Positions 39,380-49,770 of a stretch of DNA of 64,000 nt are shown here, one piece after another. A model generated the notes under the pieces. It had not been told where the DNA came from and did not search any database. It saw only the letters and a program-made list of their open reading frames with translations. The stretch is from an uncultured Bacilli bacterium. Its GTDB lineage: Bacteria; Bacillota_I; Bacilli_A; RF39; UBA660. The stretch lies in contig CAKOHG010000001.1 in NCBI GenBank assembly GCA_934085565.1, positions 64,706 through 128,705 of the forward strand, given 5' to 3'. Both the position numbers and the translations under genes were made by a program. How positions within the stretch are numbered: the first letter of the stretch is position 1; every line of letters starts with the position of its first letter.

Positions 39380-40318
39380 ATGCAAGTTATTTTGATAAAA
39401 AGTGATTCTAAAAGTTTAATGGATGAAAAAATAGCTGAGCTTTCTAAAGATATTTTAGAAAAAACAATCCTTTCTTATCCAGAAAATACAATAGATGATG
39501 TTTTAGAAGAATCATCTTTTGTATCGATGTTTGGCGATAAAAAATGTGTTCTAGTTAAAAACGCTTCTTTTTTTGGAACAATGAAATTAACAGATAAAGA
39601 TACTGAAAAATTGCTTAAATATTTTAATAATCCTAATTCATTAACCACTCTTATTTTTACGACTTACGAGGATGTTGATAGTCGTAAAAACATTACAAAA
39701 AGTCTTATCAATCAAAATGCTTACATTGAGATAAAAGCTCCTAAAAATTACGAATTATTAAATGTTGTCAGAAACAAAATGAGTAAATATCAAATAAAGG
39801 AAGAAGCTTTAAAGTATTTAATCGAAGCTTCTTTAAATAATTATGATATCATTTTAAATGAAATTGAAAAATTATCTTTATATTATAAAGAAAAAGATAC
39901 CATTAGTTTAGAAGATTTAAAAAAAATTACACCGATGAATTTATCTGATAATGTGTTTAAGTTTGTGGATGCGGTTGTATCGAAAGATAGTTTTAACGCG
40001 ATTAATTTGTATGAAAATTTTTTAACTATTAAAACTGACCCATTACAACTTTTAAATCTTTTAGGAAGAGAATATCGTCTTTTATATTGTTATAAATTAT
40101 TTGAAGAAAAAAAATATAGTCCTAGAGAAATGGCCAGTGAGTTAAAACTTCAAGAATGGCAAGTGAATAAACTAAGAAAAGAAGCGAGTCTTTACCATAA
40201 AGATGATTTGAAAACCATCCTAGTAGATATTTTTAAGTTAGATTTAAATATTAAAAGTGGTCGTGTTGATAAAGTCGTTTCTTTTTACGCTTTTTTAATC
40301 CAAGTACTAGAGTGTTAA
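39380..40318 (+). CDS. holA: DNA polymerase III delta subunit, putative
   Basis: 312 aa; delta-subunit-like N-terminal clamp-loader fold pattern (CVLVKNASFF...LIFTTYE); weak call. Confidence 0.5.
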   Translation: MQVILIKSDSKSLMDEKIAELSKDILEKTILSYPENTIDDVLEESSFVSMFGDKKCVLVKNASFFGTMKLTDKDTEKLLKYFNNPNSLTTLIFTTYEDVDSRKNITKSLINQNAYIEIKAPKNYELLNVVRNKMSKYQIKEEALKYLIEASLNNYDIILNEIEKLSLYYKEKDTISLEDLKKITPMNLSDNVFKFVDAVVSKDSFNAINLYENFLTIKTDPLQLLNLLGREYRLLYCYKLFEEKKYSPREMASELKLQEWQVNKLRKEASLYHKDDLKTILVDIFKLDLNIKSGRVDKVVSFYAFLIQVLEC

Positions 40319-40338
40319 TTTGAAAGGAAATCGTAGTT

Positions 40339-41007
40339 ATGCCAAGTTGGAAAATTCATGCAAAAATTGGAAATGAAATAAGTAAATATTTAAAGGTTAA
40401 TAAAAAATATTTTATGATTGGTAACTTGCTTCCGGATCAAGATAAATATAATATACCGACTATTTCAAAAAATGTTCCTAGAAATTTGACACACTTTATT
40501 TCTCTAGAAGATTACCGTATAGGAATAAATCTTCCAGATTACGAAAAAATGTATCAAAAATATAAAGATGATTTTAATAATCCAGTTTTGCTAGGTTACT
40601 TAGTTCATTTACTGTCTGATTATTATTGGAACAAATATATTTATGATAATTATTTTGTTAAAGAAAATGATCAATATATAGGGGTAATAAAAGCTGATAA
40701 GACATTTTTTAAGTGTGATTTTAAAACAGCTAATACTATGAAACAAGCTGATTTTCAAAAATATAATAATTTTATTACAGTTAGAAAAAATAATTTTCGC
40801 TTTTGCTTAAATAGTAAATATTTTAAACAAATTGATGAACTAAGATTAAACAAAAAAGATATTTATACAGTTGGAAAATATTTAGATTTGTCACATTGTC
40901 GAATAGCCGATGATTCTTTATATCAAATTTTGAATGAAAACGTTTTAGATGAAATTTTTGAAAATAGTATTACTTTTATTATTCAGTATTTGCAAGCTAA
41001 AAAATAA
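40339..41007 (+). CDS. hypothetical protein; possible zinc-dependent phospholipase C-like metal hydrolase
   Basis: N-terminal SWKIH plus PDQD, THF and HLLSD residues suggest a His/Asp metal site; low confidence. Confidence 0.35.
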   Translation: MPSWKIHAKIGNEISKYLKVNKKYFMIGNLLPDQDKYNIPTISKNVPRNLTHFISLEDYRIGINLPDYEKMYQKYKDDFNNPVLLGYLVHLLSDYYWNKYIYDNYFVKENDQYIGVIKADKTFFKCDFKTANTMKQADFQKYNNFITVRKNNFRFCLNSKYFKQIDELRLNKKDIYTVGKYLDLSHCRIADDSLYQILNENVLDEIFENSITFIIQYLQAKK

Positions 41008-41072
41008 TAAAAAATAAATATTAATATTTTTAATGAAATGTATTACAATAATAAAGGAAATGAGTTGACGTT

Positions 41073-42104
41073 ATGAATTATCTTTTTTGGTCTTTACCAT
41101 TTTTAGTTATTATTTTATTATTTGTTTTTTATTTTGGCAAAATTATGTTAAAAGTTTTACCGGCTAAGGTGAAAAATTATCCTTTAATTTACTGGATAAG
41201 TTTGGTTATCCTGATTGGTTTCAATATCTATCTTAGAACACCTCTCATGGGCTTTTTGATTTATTTTACTTTATTTCATATGATATATGATTTATTAAGG
41301 CTGTTATCTTATCCTTTTAAGAAAGTTAATAATTTTTTAAAGAAACTAAATTACAAAGAATATCCCATTTTGGCAATATCTATTTTATTTACTTTGTATG
41401 GAGTATTAAATGCCATGCACCCAGTAGTAACTTCTTATAATGTTAAAGTAGATAAACAAGTTGATGAACCTATTAAAATAGCTTTTATAAGTGATTTACA
41501 TTTAGGAACACCTTATTTAAATGAAAATTTTCAAAATTTAATAAAAACGGTCAATGAAGGAAATTATGATATCTTTGTTTTAGGTGGTGACATTTTTGAT
41601 GAATGGACGACCGAAAAGGAAAAAGAACATTTCTTTGAAATTTTAAAAGAAATCAAAACCAAAAATGGCAGTTATTATATTGAGGGAAACCATGATGTTT
41701 TAAACGAAGAAACTTATCAGAAATATACAAGTAGTGGGGTTCGTGTTTTACAAAATGAGGTTTTATTAATTAATAATAAATATTATTTAGTAGGGCGAAA
41801 AGACAGAATGACAAGAGAAGTTCAAGGATTAGAACAAATGCTAAAAAATGTGGATATGACACTGCCTATTATTGTCTTAGAACATCAGCCAACGAGTGTT
41901 AAAGAACTAGAAGAAAATAAAGTGGATTTAAGTATTTCTGGGCATACACATGGTGGTCAAATTTGGCCAGCTAACTATTTTGTTAAATATGGTTATTATG
42001 ATAATGGTTATAGTAAATCTATTATATCTTCTGGTTATGGAGAATGGGGTATGCCTATTAAAACGGCTTATCACAGTGAATTAGTATCTATCACTATTTA
42101 TTAA
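41073..42104 (+). CDS. membrane-anchored metallophosphoesterase (calcineurin-like, YkuE-type)
   Basis: four N-terminal TM helices; GDIFDEW, GNHDV and GHTHGGQI phosphoesterase motifs. Confidence 0.8.
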   Translation: MNYLFWSLPFLVIILLFVFYFGKIMLKVLPAKVKNYPLIYWISLVILIGFNIYLRTPLMGFLIYFTLFHMIYDLLRLLSYPFKKVNNFLKKLNYKEYPILAISILFTLYGVLNAMHPVVTSYNVKVDKQVDEPIKIAFISDLHLGTPYLNENFQNLIKTVNEGNYDIFVLGGDIFDEWTTEKEKEHFFEILKEIKTKNGSYYIEGNHDVLNEETYQKYTSSGVRVLQNEVLLINNKYYLVGRKDRMTREVQGLEQMLKNVDMTLPIIVLEHQPTSVKELEENKVDLSISGHTHGGQIWPANYFVKYGYYDNGYSKSIISSGYGEWGMPIKTAYHSELVSITIY

Positions 42105-42105
42105 A

Positions 42106-42145
42106 AAAGGAATATCTTTGCTTATAGATATTCCTTTAATTTTTC
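42106..42145. terminator. bidirectional terminator between convergent genes
   Basis: AAAGGAATATCT-ttgcttat-AGATATTCCTTT, 12-bp perfect stem; overlaps the rnhC stop. Confidence 0.55.
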
Positions 42146-43054
42146 TGTATTTTTAAAATTTAATTTAGCAATTTCTTTTAATTTATCCATTCCATAATTC
42201 TTAACAATTTCACTAGCTTGTTTATCGACTAAAGTACCAGCTCCTTTTAATAAAGGTAAATGAATTTCATTACTGATTTCATCCATTTTCTTCAAAAAAA
42301 CATAACGACTAATACAACTTGCCGCTGCCACAGAAGCACAAATGCTTTCGGCTTTTGTGACAAAAGTAATGTCAGTTACTTTTTCGGTAGCTTCATTAAT
42401 GTGTTCAAAATATTTTCGCGGATAAACAAATTGGTCGACAACGATTTTATCGTAAGAAGGTTGTCTTTTTTTCATTTCTACTAAAACTTTGTTATGCAAG
42501 ATTGCCTTAATCTTATTCATATTGTAACCTTTTTTTTGATACTCATTATAAGATGCATTATTCAAAATAAAAGTACAATGATTTACTTCTTTAATAAGAG
42601 TAGGACCAATTTCTAAAATTTTCTCATCTGTTAATTTTTTGGAATCTTTCACACCAAGTTCTTCCATTCTCGAAACTTGTTCTTTAGAAATATAAGCACC
42701 TGTGACAACAATAGGACCAAAAAAATCTCCTGTACCCACTTCATCAGACCCAATAGTACTTAAAGAATAAAAGTTCTTTCTGGTTTCTTTTTCTTCTTTT
42801 TTCTTTTCTTTGGTATCCTTTACTTCGATAACATTACCTGTTAAATTTCTCTCAATATCTTTCCACATATTAGCGTCAATATCCGCACTAATGCCTTGAA
42901 ACATGGCTTTTCCAGATTCATATAAAGTAATAATTGTGCCACCTTCTTCGGCTTGAAAAATCGCATAAGGAGGTGTTTTATCTCTTTTTTTATCTTCATA
43001 ATATTTTGTCATTTTTTGTTTTAATGGTTCACTTACTTTAAAAACAATCGTCAT
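42122..43054 (-). CDS. rnhC: ribonuclease HIII
   Basis: 310 aa; RNase HII/HIII catalytic motif DEVGTGDFFGPIVV plus N-terminal HIII-specific domain. Confidence 0.85.
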   Translation of the reverse strand: MTIVFKVSEPLKQKMTKYYEDKKRDKTPPYAIFQAEEGGTIITLYESGKAMFQGISADIDANMWKDIERNLTGNVIEVKDTKEKKKEEKETRKNFYSLSTIGSDEVGTGDFFGPIVVTGAYISKEQVSRMEELGVKDSKKLTDEKILEIGPTLIKEVNHCTFILNNASYNEYQKKGYNMNKIKAILHNKVLVEMKKRQPSYDKIVVDQFVYPRKYFEHINEATEKVTDITFVTKAESICASVAAASCISRYVFLKKMDEISNEIHLPLLKGAGTLVDKQASEIVKNYGMDKLKEIAKLNFKNTEKLKEYL

Positions 43055-43140
43055 TTTCCATCACCGTTTTTAGTTTAACATAAATACTTGCTTATGAAAA
43101 TAAAATATTTTATAATGAAAAAAGATAAGGAGCTTATGAT

Positions 43141-43815
43141 ATGATGAGTATTGTGGATAGTATTATTATTTTATTTTTACTTATGGGAGCTGTGGTTGGC
43201 TTTAAAAGAGGGGTTATTAAAAGTGCTGCTATGTTTGTGGGCGCTATTGTGGTATTAATTCTTTCTTTTTGGCTTAAAAATCCTGTTTCAAAAATATTGT
43301 ATTCTGTTTGTCCTTTTTTCAACTTTGCAGGTGATTTTGAAGGATTAACGGTTTTAAACATAATTATTTACGAAGCAATTGCCTTTATTTTGGTTTATAT
43401 CGTTCTTATGAGTGTTTTACAAATTGTTATAAAAATAACGGGAGGAATTGAAAAGATTTTAGATTTCACCATTATTTTAGGAATTCCTTCCAAATTATTA
43501 GGAGCTTTATTTGGTTTCTTAGAAAGTTATTTGTTTGTTTTTATTGCACTATTTTTACTTTCTATGCTTCCCGCTACTAACGAACTTATTTTAGAAAGTA
43601 GATTAGGGGGTGTTATTACCGAATCCAGTCCAGGTTTATCTAATTTAACCGAAGAATCTGTAGCAGCTGTTAAAGAAATCATTAGTATTAAAGATCAAAA
43701 CATTCATAACAAAAAACAATATAATAAAAAGTGCTTAGATATTTTACTTAAATATGATATTGTAAAACAAGAGGCAGTAGACGAATTAGTAGAAAAAGGT
43801 AAACTTACTTTTTAA
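43141..43815 (+). CDS. cvpA: CvpA-family membrane protein
   Basis: N-terminal D-IIILFLLMGAVVGFKRG CvpA pattern; adjacent to rnhC as in Bacillus. Confidence 0.75.
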   Translation: MMSIVDSIIILFLLMGAVVGFKRGVIKSAAMFVGAIVVLILSFWLKNPVSKILYSVCPFFNFAGDFEGLTVLNIIIYEAIAFILVYIVLMSVLQIVIKITGGIEKILDFTIILGIPSKLLGALFGFLESYLFVFIALFLLSMLPATNELILESRLGGVITESSPGLSNLTEESVAAVKEIISIKDQNIHNKKQYNKKCLDILLKYDIVKQEAVDELVEKGKLTF

Positions 43816-43905
43816 AAGGCATTTATAAGATGAAATGTCTTTTTTATTTTGCATAAAATTAAAGAAAGTATGTTAAAATAAGAAAGAAAAAGAAAGGAAA
43901 AAATT

Positions 43906-44202
43906 ATGATAAAATATTTAAAAAATGAGAATTTTAATGATGAAATCAAAGAGGGCATTACCTTAGTTGATTTTTATGCCGATTGGTGTGGACCTTGTCA
44001 ACGAATGGGAGCCATTTTAGAAGAATGTGAAAACTTGAATGTTTTGAAAGTAAACACAGATGAACATCAAGACTTAGCTATTTCTTTTGGCGTTATGTCA
44101 ATTCCTACCCTTATTTTATTTAAAGATGGTCAAGAAATGGGTAAAAAAATTGGCTTAATGAGTAAAAGTGAAGTAGAAGCCTTTGTAAAAGAGCATGAAT
44201 AG
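43906..44202 (+). CDS. trxA: thioredoxin
   Basis: WCGPC active site; 98 aa. Confidence 0.9.
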   Translation: MIKYLKNENFNDEIKEGITLVDFYADWCGPCQRMGAILEECENLNVLKVNTDEHQDLAISFGVMSIPTLILFKDGQEMGKKIGLMSKSEVEAFVKEHE

Positions 44203-44362
44203 TCAAATTTACTTGTTATTCTAAAAATATTTTGATACAATAAACGTGCTTAATAAAAGCAAATAAACATGCACTAGGGATTAAGGTTTTCGAGTGCTCA
44301 CGGCGTTGGGTGAAAATTTTGAGAAGATCTAGGCAGAAGAAAAAACGAAGGAGGATGTTTTT

Positions 44363-45136
44363 ATGAGCGTTGTTTCTAAGAATGTTTTATTAGAAGCTGG
44401 TGTTCATTTTGGACATCAAACAAAAAGATGGAATCCAAAAATGAAACCTTATATTTATGGAGCTAGAGATGATATTTATATTATTGATCTAGACAAAACA
44501 GTTGAAGGTATGGAAAAAGCTTATGCTGAAATGAAGTCTATAGCTGAAAATGGTGGTACTTTCTTATTTGTAGGTACTAAAAAACAAGCTGGTGAAGTTG
44601 TTAAAGAAGAAGCTTTAAGAAGTAAATCTTTTTATGTAACTGAACGTTGGTTAGGTGGTACATTAACAAACTTCCGTACAATTCGTCGTCGTGTTAATAG
44701 ACTTGAAGAAATCGAAAAAATGGAAGCTGATGGAACTTTTGAAGTTTTACCTAAAAAAGAAGTTATTGGTCTTAAAAAAGAATATGATAAATTAAATCGT
44801 TTACTTTCTGGTATTCGTGGTATGAATAAACTTCCACAAGCTATCATTATTATTGATTCTAAGAAGGAAGCTAATGCTATTCATGAAGCTAGAAAATTAA
44901 ATATTCCTGTATTTGGTTTAATTGATACAAACTGTGATCCTGATGATGTTGATTTTGTTATTCCAGGAAATGATGATGCTGTTAAAGCTATCAAAGTTGT
45001 TATGGGTGCTTTAAATAATGCTATTTGTGAAGCTAACAACCTTGAATTAGTTGACTATTCTTCTGAAGATGCTGCTAAAGAAATGAAAAGCAAAGACGAC
45101 AGAAAAAAAGAAGATACTAAAAAAAGCGCTGAATAA
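44363..45136 (+). CDS. rpsB: 30S ribosomal protein S2
   Basis: [20 protein letters not shown]2 N-terminus; GAAGGAGG RBS. Confidence 0.95.
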   Translation: MSVVSKNVLLEAGVHFGHQTKRWNPKMKPYIYGARDDIYIIDLDKTVEGMEKAYAEMKSIAENGGTFLFVGTKKQAGEVVKEEALRSKSFYVTERWLGGTLTNFRTIRRRVNRLEEIEKMEADGTFEVLPKKEVIGLKKEYDKLNRLLSGIRGMNKLPQAIIIIDSKKEANAIHEARKLNIPVFGLIDTNCDPDDVDFVIPGNDDAVKAIKVVMGALNNAICEANNLELVDYSSEDAAKEMKSKDDRKKEDTKKSAE

Positions 45137-45163
45137 AATTATATTGGAAAGGATTTGAGTTTT

Positions 45164-46039
45164 ATGGTAACCGCTGAAATGGTTAAAAATTTAAGAGAAA
45201 AAACAGGAGCTGGCATGATGGATTGCAAAAAAGCTCTTGCAGAAACAAACGGAGATATGGCTGCTGCTGAAGATTACCTAAGAGAAAAAGGTATTGCTAA
45301 AGCCAATAAAAAAGAAAGCCGTATTGCTGCTGAAGGTTTAGCTAATATTTTTGTTGATGGTAATAAAGCTGTTATTTTAGAAGTGAATTCTGAAACGGAT
45401 TTCGTTAGTAAAAATGAAGAATTTACTGATATGATTAAAGAAATCGGTATGGCTTTATTAAAAAGCGACGCTAAAACTTTAGAAGAAGCTATGGAAGTTA
45501 ATACAGAAAATGGCACTATTAAAGATTTAATTGTTGCTAAAACAGCTAAAATTGGTGAAAAACTTTCTTTACGTCGTTTCCAAATTGTTACATTAGAAGA
45601 CGGTGAAGTATTTGGTTCATATATTCATATGGGCGGAAAAATTGCTAGTTTAGTCGTTTTAAAAGGAGCTAACGAAGAAGTAGCTAAAGATGTTGCTATG
45701 CAACAAGCGGCTATGCGTCCTAGTTATGTCTTTATTTCTGATGTACCCGAAGATGTTGTAAATCATGAAAAAGAAGTTCAAAAAGAACTTGCTATGGGTG
45801 AAGGAAAACCAGCTGAAATTGCTGAAAAAATGGTAGAAGGTAGAATGCATAAATTCTATAAAGAAATTTGCTTAGTAGAACAAGCCTTTATTAAAGATGG
45901 TGGTTTATCAGTAAACCAATATATCAAAAATAATGGTGGAGAACTAAAAACAGCTATTCGTTATGAAGTTGGCGAAGGCATGGAAAAAAGAAATGATGAC
46001 TTTGCTTCTGAAGTAATGAATCAAGTTAAAGGAAATTAA
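45164..46039 (+). CDS. tsf: elongation factor Ts (ORF track TTG start 45155 is probably an over-extension)
   Basis: AEMVKNLREKTGAGMMDCKKAL UBA-like N-terminus; terminator 46047-46078 follows. Confidence 0.93.
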   Translation: MVTAEMVKNLREKTGAGMMDCKKALAETNGDMAAAEDYLREKGIAKANKKESRIAAEGLANIFVDGNKAVILEVNSETDFVSKNEEFTDMIKEIGMALLKSDAKTLEEAMEVNTENGTIKDLIVAKTAKIGEKLSLRRFQIVTLEDGEVFGSYIHMGGKIASLVVLKGANEEVAKDVAMQQAAMRPSYVFISDVPEDVVNHEKEVQKELAMGEGKPAEIAEKMVEGRMHKFYKEICLVEQAFIKDGGLSVNQYIKNNGGELKTAIRYEVGEGMEKRNDDFASEVMNQVKGN

Positions 46040-46120
46040 CAAATTTAGACACTTTTTTGAGTAAAGTGTCTTTTTTTATCCCTTTTTCCTTGATATAATA
46101 GGGTTTAAGGAGAGAAAACT

Positions 46121-46744
46121 ATGAAAGTAAAGAAAAAACCAATGCCAATGTGGCAAAAAATATTTTATGTAATAAGTTTTATTTTCTTAATCTGGGCTTT
46201 TATCTATTTAGGAACCAAAAATTATAATGCTCCTCAAAGAGAACTTACTGATAGTGAGTCTTTTACCAAGGAGTATGGCATAACGAGTCAAAACGTTTTT
46301 AAATATACAACCGCTAAAGAAGTCTTAGAAATGATGAATACCAAAGAAGCTTTAATTTTTATGGCTTTTCCCGAAAATAAATGGAGTAGTAAATATGCTG
46401 AAATTTTAAATGATACCGCCGAAAAACTCGGTATTAAAGAGATTTACTATTACAATTTTAAAAATGATCGTAGTAATAATAATCACTATTATGAAAATAT
46501 AGTTAAAGAATTATCGAGTTATGTTCCTTATTTGGATAATGATAATAGTGATATTTATGCTCCTACTTTAATCGGTGTAAAAGATGGCAATATCGTTTTC
46601 TATGATGATGAAACAAGTATTATTCATGGTGATATTTCTATCGATGATTATTGGACAAATGATAAAATTGCTTCTAAAATGGTTAATTTAGGCATTTTAT
46701 TACAAAAATATTTAGGTGAAGATGATGAAAAAACACAAGAATGA
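46121..46744 (+). CDS. membrane-anchored thioredoxin-fold protein, paralog 1 (no CxxC)
   Basis: N-terminal TM; fold-level similarity to the following ORF (AFPENKWS in place of CxxC). Confidence 0.5.
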   Translation: MKVKKKPMPMWQKIFYVISFIFLIWAFIYLGTKNYNAPQRELTDSESFTKEYGITSQNVFKYTTAKEVLEMMNTKEALIFMAFPENKWSSKYAEILNDTAEKLGIKEIYYYNFKNDRSNNNHYYENIVKELSSYVPYLDNDNSDIYAPTLIGVKDGNIVFYDDETSIIHGDISIDDYWTNDKIASKMVNLGILLQKYLGEDDEKTQE

Positions 46745-47276
46745 TGAGAAGATAGATGATAATCAAAAACGAAGTGAATTTTGGTATTGTACTTTTATTG
46801 TTGTTGTCATTATTTTTATTGCCATGGGAGATCAGATTGCCTTACATTTTATCAAAAGTAATCCTAACCCTAATGACCGTGTTTTTGGTGGGGCTTCTAA
46901 GGAAGAATATAAGATAGATTTTTTAACAGAGTTAAGTTTAGAACAAGTGATGGATAAAATAAATAATAAGGAAAGTTTTCTTTTACTTTCTTCTAAAAAT
47001 GACTGTGTAGTTTGTGAAAGATTACTTCCGGATTTAAAAAAAGAATATGAACAAAGCCAAATAAGTTTTTATTATTTTAATAAAGATTTATATGATAATT
47101 CGATGGCAATTGTGCAAGATTTTACCAATTTAGATGAAAATATCAAAAATCATTTTGCTTATACTCCATATCTTATGTATTTTGAAGAAGGTAATTTAAA
47201 AGGTGAAATCATCGGAGATAACATAAAAAGTGAACTAAAAACATTTTTAGAAAATAATAAAATAGAAAAAAATTAA
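46716..47276 (+). CDS. membrane-anchored thioredoxin-fold protein, paralog 2 (CVVC motif)
   Basis: N-terminal TM; SSKNDCVVCERLLP CxxC in thioredoxin-like context; overlaps paralog 1 by 29 nt. Confidence 0.5.
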   Translation: MKMMKKHKNDEKIDDNQKRSEFWYCTFIVVVIIFIAMGDQIALHFIKSNPNPNDRVFGGASKEEYKIDFLTELSLEQVMDKINNKESFLLLSSKNDCVVCERLLPDLKKEYEQSQISFYYFNKDLYDNSMAIVQDFTNLDENIKNHFAYTPYLMYFEEGNLKGEIIGDNIKSELKTFLENNKIEKN

Positions 47277-47290
47277 GAAAGAGGATAAAT

Positions 47291-47818
47291 ATGAATACAG
47301 AAAAACAAATGCAAAAAGCAATGGAAAGTTTAGATAATAGACTTTTAAATATCAGAGCAGGAAGAGCTAATCCAGGAATGGTAAGTGGAATCATGGTTTC
47401 TTACTATGGAGCCTTAACTCCTTTACAAAGTCTTGCCAATATTACCGTTCCAGAAGCTAGACAATTAATGATTAAACCCTTTGATAGAGGTGTTTTAAAA
47501 GATATTGAACATGCTATTCATGAAGCAAATATTGGTATCACTCCAACTAATAATGGCGAAATGATTATTTTAACTGTTCCTGAATTAACAGAAGACAGAA
47601 GAAGAGAATATGTTAAAGATGCTAAAAAAGAATGTGAAGAAGCCAAAATTGCTTTAAGAAACATTCGCCAAGATGCCAATGAAGAAATTAGATTACTAGA
47701 ATTACCAGAAGATCAAGAGAAAAAGGAATTAGACAGTATTCAAGAATTAATTAATAAATACAACAAAATTGTTGATGAAAAATTTAAAGAAAAAGAAAAA
47801 GAACTTATGAGTGTTTAA
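47291..47818 (+). CDS. frr: ribosome recycling factor
   Basis: LNIRAGRANPGMVSGIMVSYYG RRF signature; terminator 47833-47857. Confidence 0.93.
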   Translation: MNTEKQMQKAMESLDNRLLNIRAGRANPGMVSGIMVSYYGALTPLQSLANITVPEARQLMIKPFDRGVLKDIEHAIHEANIGITPTNNGEMIILTVPELTEDRRREYVKDAKKECEEAKIALRNIRQDANEEIRLLELPEDQEKKELDSIQELINKYNKIVDEKFKEKEKELMSV

Positions 47819-47919
47819 AATTCGAGTTTTTACGCGCTAATATGCGCTTTTTTTCTTGCATATAGAAAATTCAAGTGTTATAATCTATTGTAGAAATTAC
47901 GAAGGGAGGGTGAAATAGC

Positions 47920-48111
47920 ATGAATTCCAATAAAGTTATAGTTAAAGATGGCGATATTGATAAAGCATTAAAAAGATGGAAAGTCGTTGTTGCAAAAAGT
48001 GGTGTCCCTTCAGAAGTTAAAAAAAGAAAACATTACGAAAAACCAGGAGTAAAGAAAAGAGAAGAAAAGAAGAAAAATATTCGTAATTCTCGTAAACATC
48101 GTAGTTACTAA
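47920..48111 (+). CDS. rpsU: 30S ribosomal protein S21
   Basis: 63 aa, basic C-terminus RNSRKHRSY; terminator 48112-48137. Confidence 0.85.
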   Translation: MNSNKVIVKDGDIDKALKRWKVVVAKSGVPSEVKKRKHYEKPGVKKREEKKKNIRNSRKHRSY

Positions 48112-48178
48112 AATACAGTTTGAACTGTATTTTTTCTTTTGTCTGTAGTAAAATATTAAAAAGAAAAGAGGAAATAAC

Positions 48179-48619
48179 ATGAATTTAAATGAACGTATAT
48201 CTGAAGATATGAAAGGAGCTATGAAAACAGGAGATAAATTTAAATTATCTGTTTTAAGAATGTTAAAAAGTTCCTTACAATTAGAAAAAATAAATTTAAA
48301 AAAAGATTTAGATGATAAAGAAGTCATGAGTGTCATCAAAAAGGCTGTTAAACAAAGAAAAGATTCTATAGTAGAATTTGAAAAATATGGTAAAACAGAA
48401 GAAATTGCTGACTTACAAAAAGAAATCGATGTTTTGAAAGTTTATTTGCCAGAAGAATTAAGTGAAGAAAAAATCAAAGAGGAAGTAGATGAAGCTTTTC
48501 AAAATTTAAAACCAGAAAGTATTAAAGATATGGGTAAAGTTATGAAATATTTAACGGATAAAATTGGTACTCAAGCGGATATGTCTTTAGTAAGCAAACT
48601 TGTTAAAAGTAAATTTTAA
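48179..48619 (+). CDS. yqeY: GatB/YqeY-domain protein
   Basis: 146 aa; YqeY pattern; downstream of rpsU as in Bacillus; terminator 48619-48640. Confidence 0.8.
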   Translation: MNLNERISEDMKGAMKTGDKFKLSVLRMLKSSLQLEKINLKKDLDDKEVMSVIKKAVKQRKDSIVEFEKYGKTEEIADLQKEIDVLKVYLPEELSEEKIKEEVDEAFQNLKPESIKDMGKVMKYLTDKIGTQADMSLVSKLVKSKF

Positions 48620-48686
48620 GACCAAGAGGTCTTTTTTTTAGCTTATTATGTCGAAAGACTTTTTTCTAGGTCTTTAATTTGATACA

Positions 48687-48932
48687 TTGTTACTGGTGAT
48701 GTCTATGGATTTATATTATCAAAATGAAACTCTTTATGTGGATATTGTCGATTCTTTAGATACAAATGATTATTCTAAAATCGAAGCAAAAATATTTCGA
48801 ATTATTGATGATTATGGTGTTGAAAGAATCGTTATCAAAAATCATAATCAAGTTTTTCATAACCGACAATTTTTAAGGCAAATGAAACAAAATTATGCTT
48901 CTCGTTATACGGGTGAATTTTTAATTCGTTAA
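48687..48932 (+). CDS. small hypothetical protein with partial STAS (anti-sigma antagonist)-like N-terminal pattern
   Basis: TLYVDIVDSLD...RIIDDYGVERIVIKN resembles the first half of SpoIIAA-type STAS domains; lacks the phosphorylatable DSSG half. Confidence 0.3.
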   Translation: MLLVMSMDLYYQNETLYVDIVDSLDTNDYSKIEAKIFRIIDDYGVERIVIKNHNQVFHNRQFLRQMKQNYASRYTGEFLIR

Positions 48933-48975
48933 CATATTTTTAAGGTTCATAGTTCATATTAATAAAGGTGATATT

Positions 48976-49710
48976 ATGAATCGAAATATTCTTTTAGATG
49001 TAGCGGAGTCTTTAGAAAAAGAAAAACTTATTGCAGAAACAAAAGAAAAAGATGTTATGATAAGACATTATTTAATTACAGAAAATGATAAAAAAACTAT
49101 CCATGAAGAAGCAGGAGATTATTTTGTTTTTTCTTTTGATGACATGGTACTTTATGAAGAAAAAGAAAGTTTAAAAAAAGTACTTAAAAAGACACTGAAA
49201 ACTTTTTTAAAAAAATATCATAAGGGAGGAACTATCTTATTTATTGGTTTAGGTTCTAAAAATATTTTAGGGGATAGTTTTGGACCTAAAGTTTTAAATA
49301 ATTTAATTGCCACGAATGCTTATAATGATTTTTTAGTTTTACCTAAAGTCGCTCTTTTTACACCAGATACGACCAACAAAACAGGTATTTCATCTTATAA
49401 ACTTATTGAGATGGTTGTTAATCATTTAAAACCGGATTTAATTATTCTTGTCGATTCTTTTACAACAAATCATTTTAAAAATTTAAATCGAACATTAGAA
49501 GTTAATGATTGTGGAATTTGTTTTGCAAATCAATTAAGAAGTAATAAAGAAATTACTAGAAAAACCTTTAATATACCTCTTCTTTCAATTGGATATCCTA
49601 CGATGCTTAAAATGCATAAAACTTATTTAAATCATTTTAGATTAGAAAAAGATTTAAATATTATGTCAGAAGTTGTAGCTTCGGCTTTTAATGAGCTACT
49701 TTTTGATTAA
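48976..49710 (+). CDS. YyaC-like spore protease family protein (DUF1256), putative
   Basis: ILFIGLGSKNILGDSFGP resembles the GTDRxTGDxLGP core of YyaC/GPR-type proteases. Confidence 0.45.
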   Translation: MNRNILLDVAESLEKEKLIAETKEKDVMIRHYLITENDKKTIHEEAGDYFVFSFDDMVLYEEKESLKKVLKKTLKTFLKKYHKGGTILFIGLGSKNILGDSFGPKVLNNLIATNAYNDFLVLPKVALFTPDTTNKTGISSYKLIEMVVNHLKPDLIILVDSFTTNHFKNLNRTLEVNDCGICFANQLRSNKEITRKTFNIPLLSIGYPTMLKMHKTYLNHFRLEKDLNIMSEVVASAFNELLFD

Positions 49711-49770
49711 AAGTTTAAAAATGAGTACAAAAACACAGATAAATGCATAAATTACATTAGAGGTGATAAA

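Noticed and set aside
44203-44362. Structured autoregulatory leader or ncRNA upstream of rpsB
   Set aside because: A roughly 160-nt leader is present, but no convincing conserved structure or motif could be identified by eye. Left unannotated.
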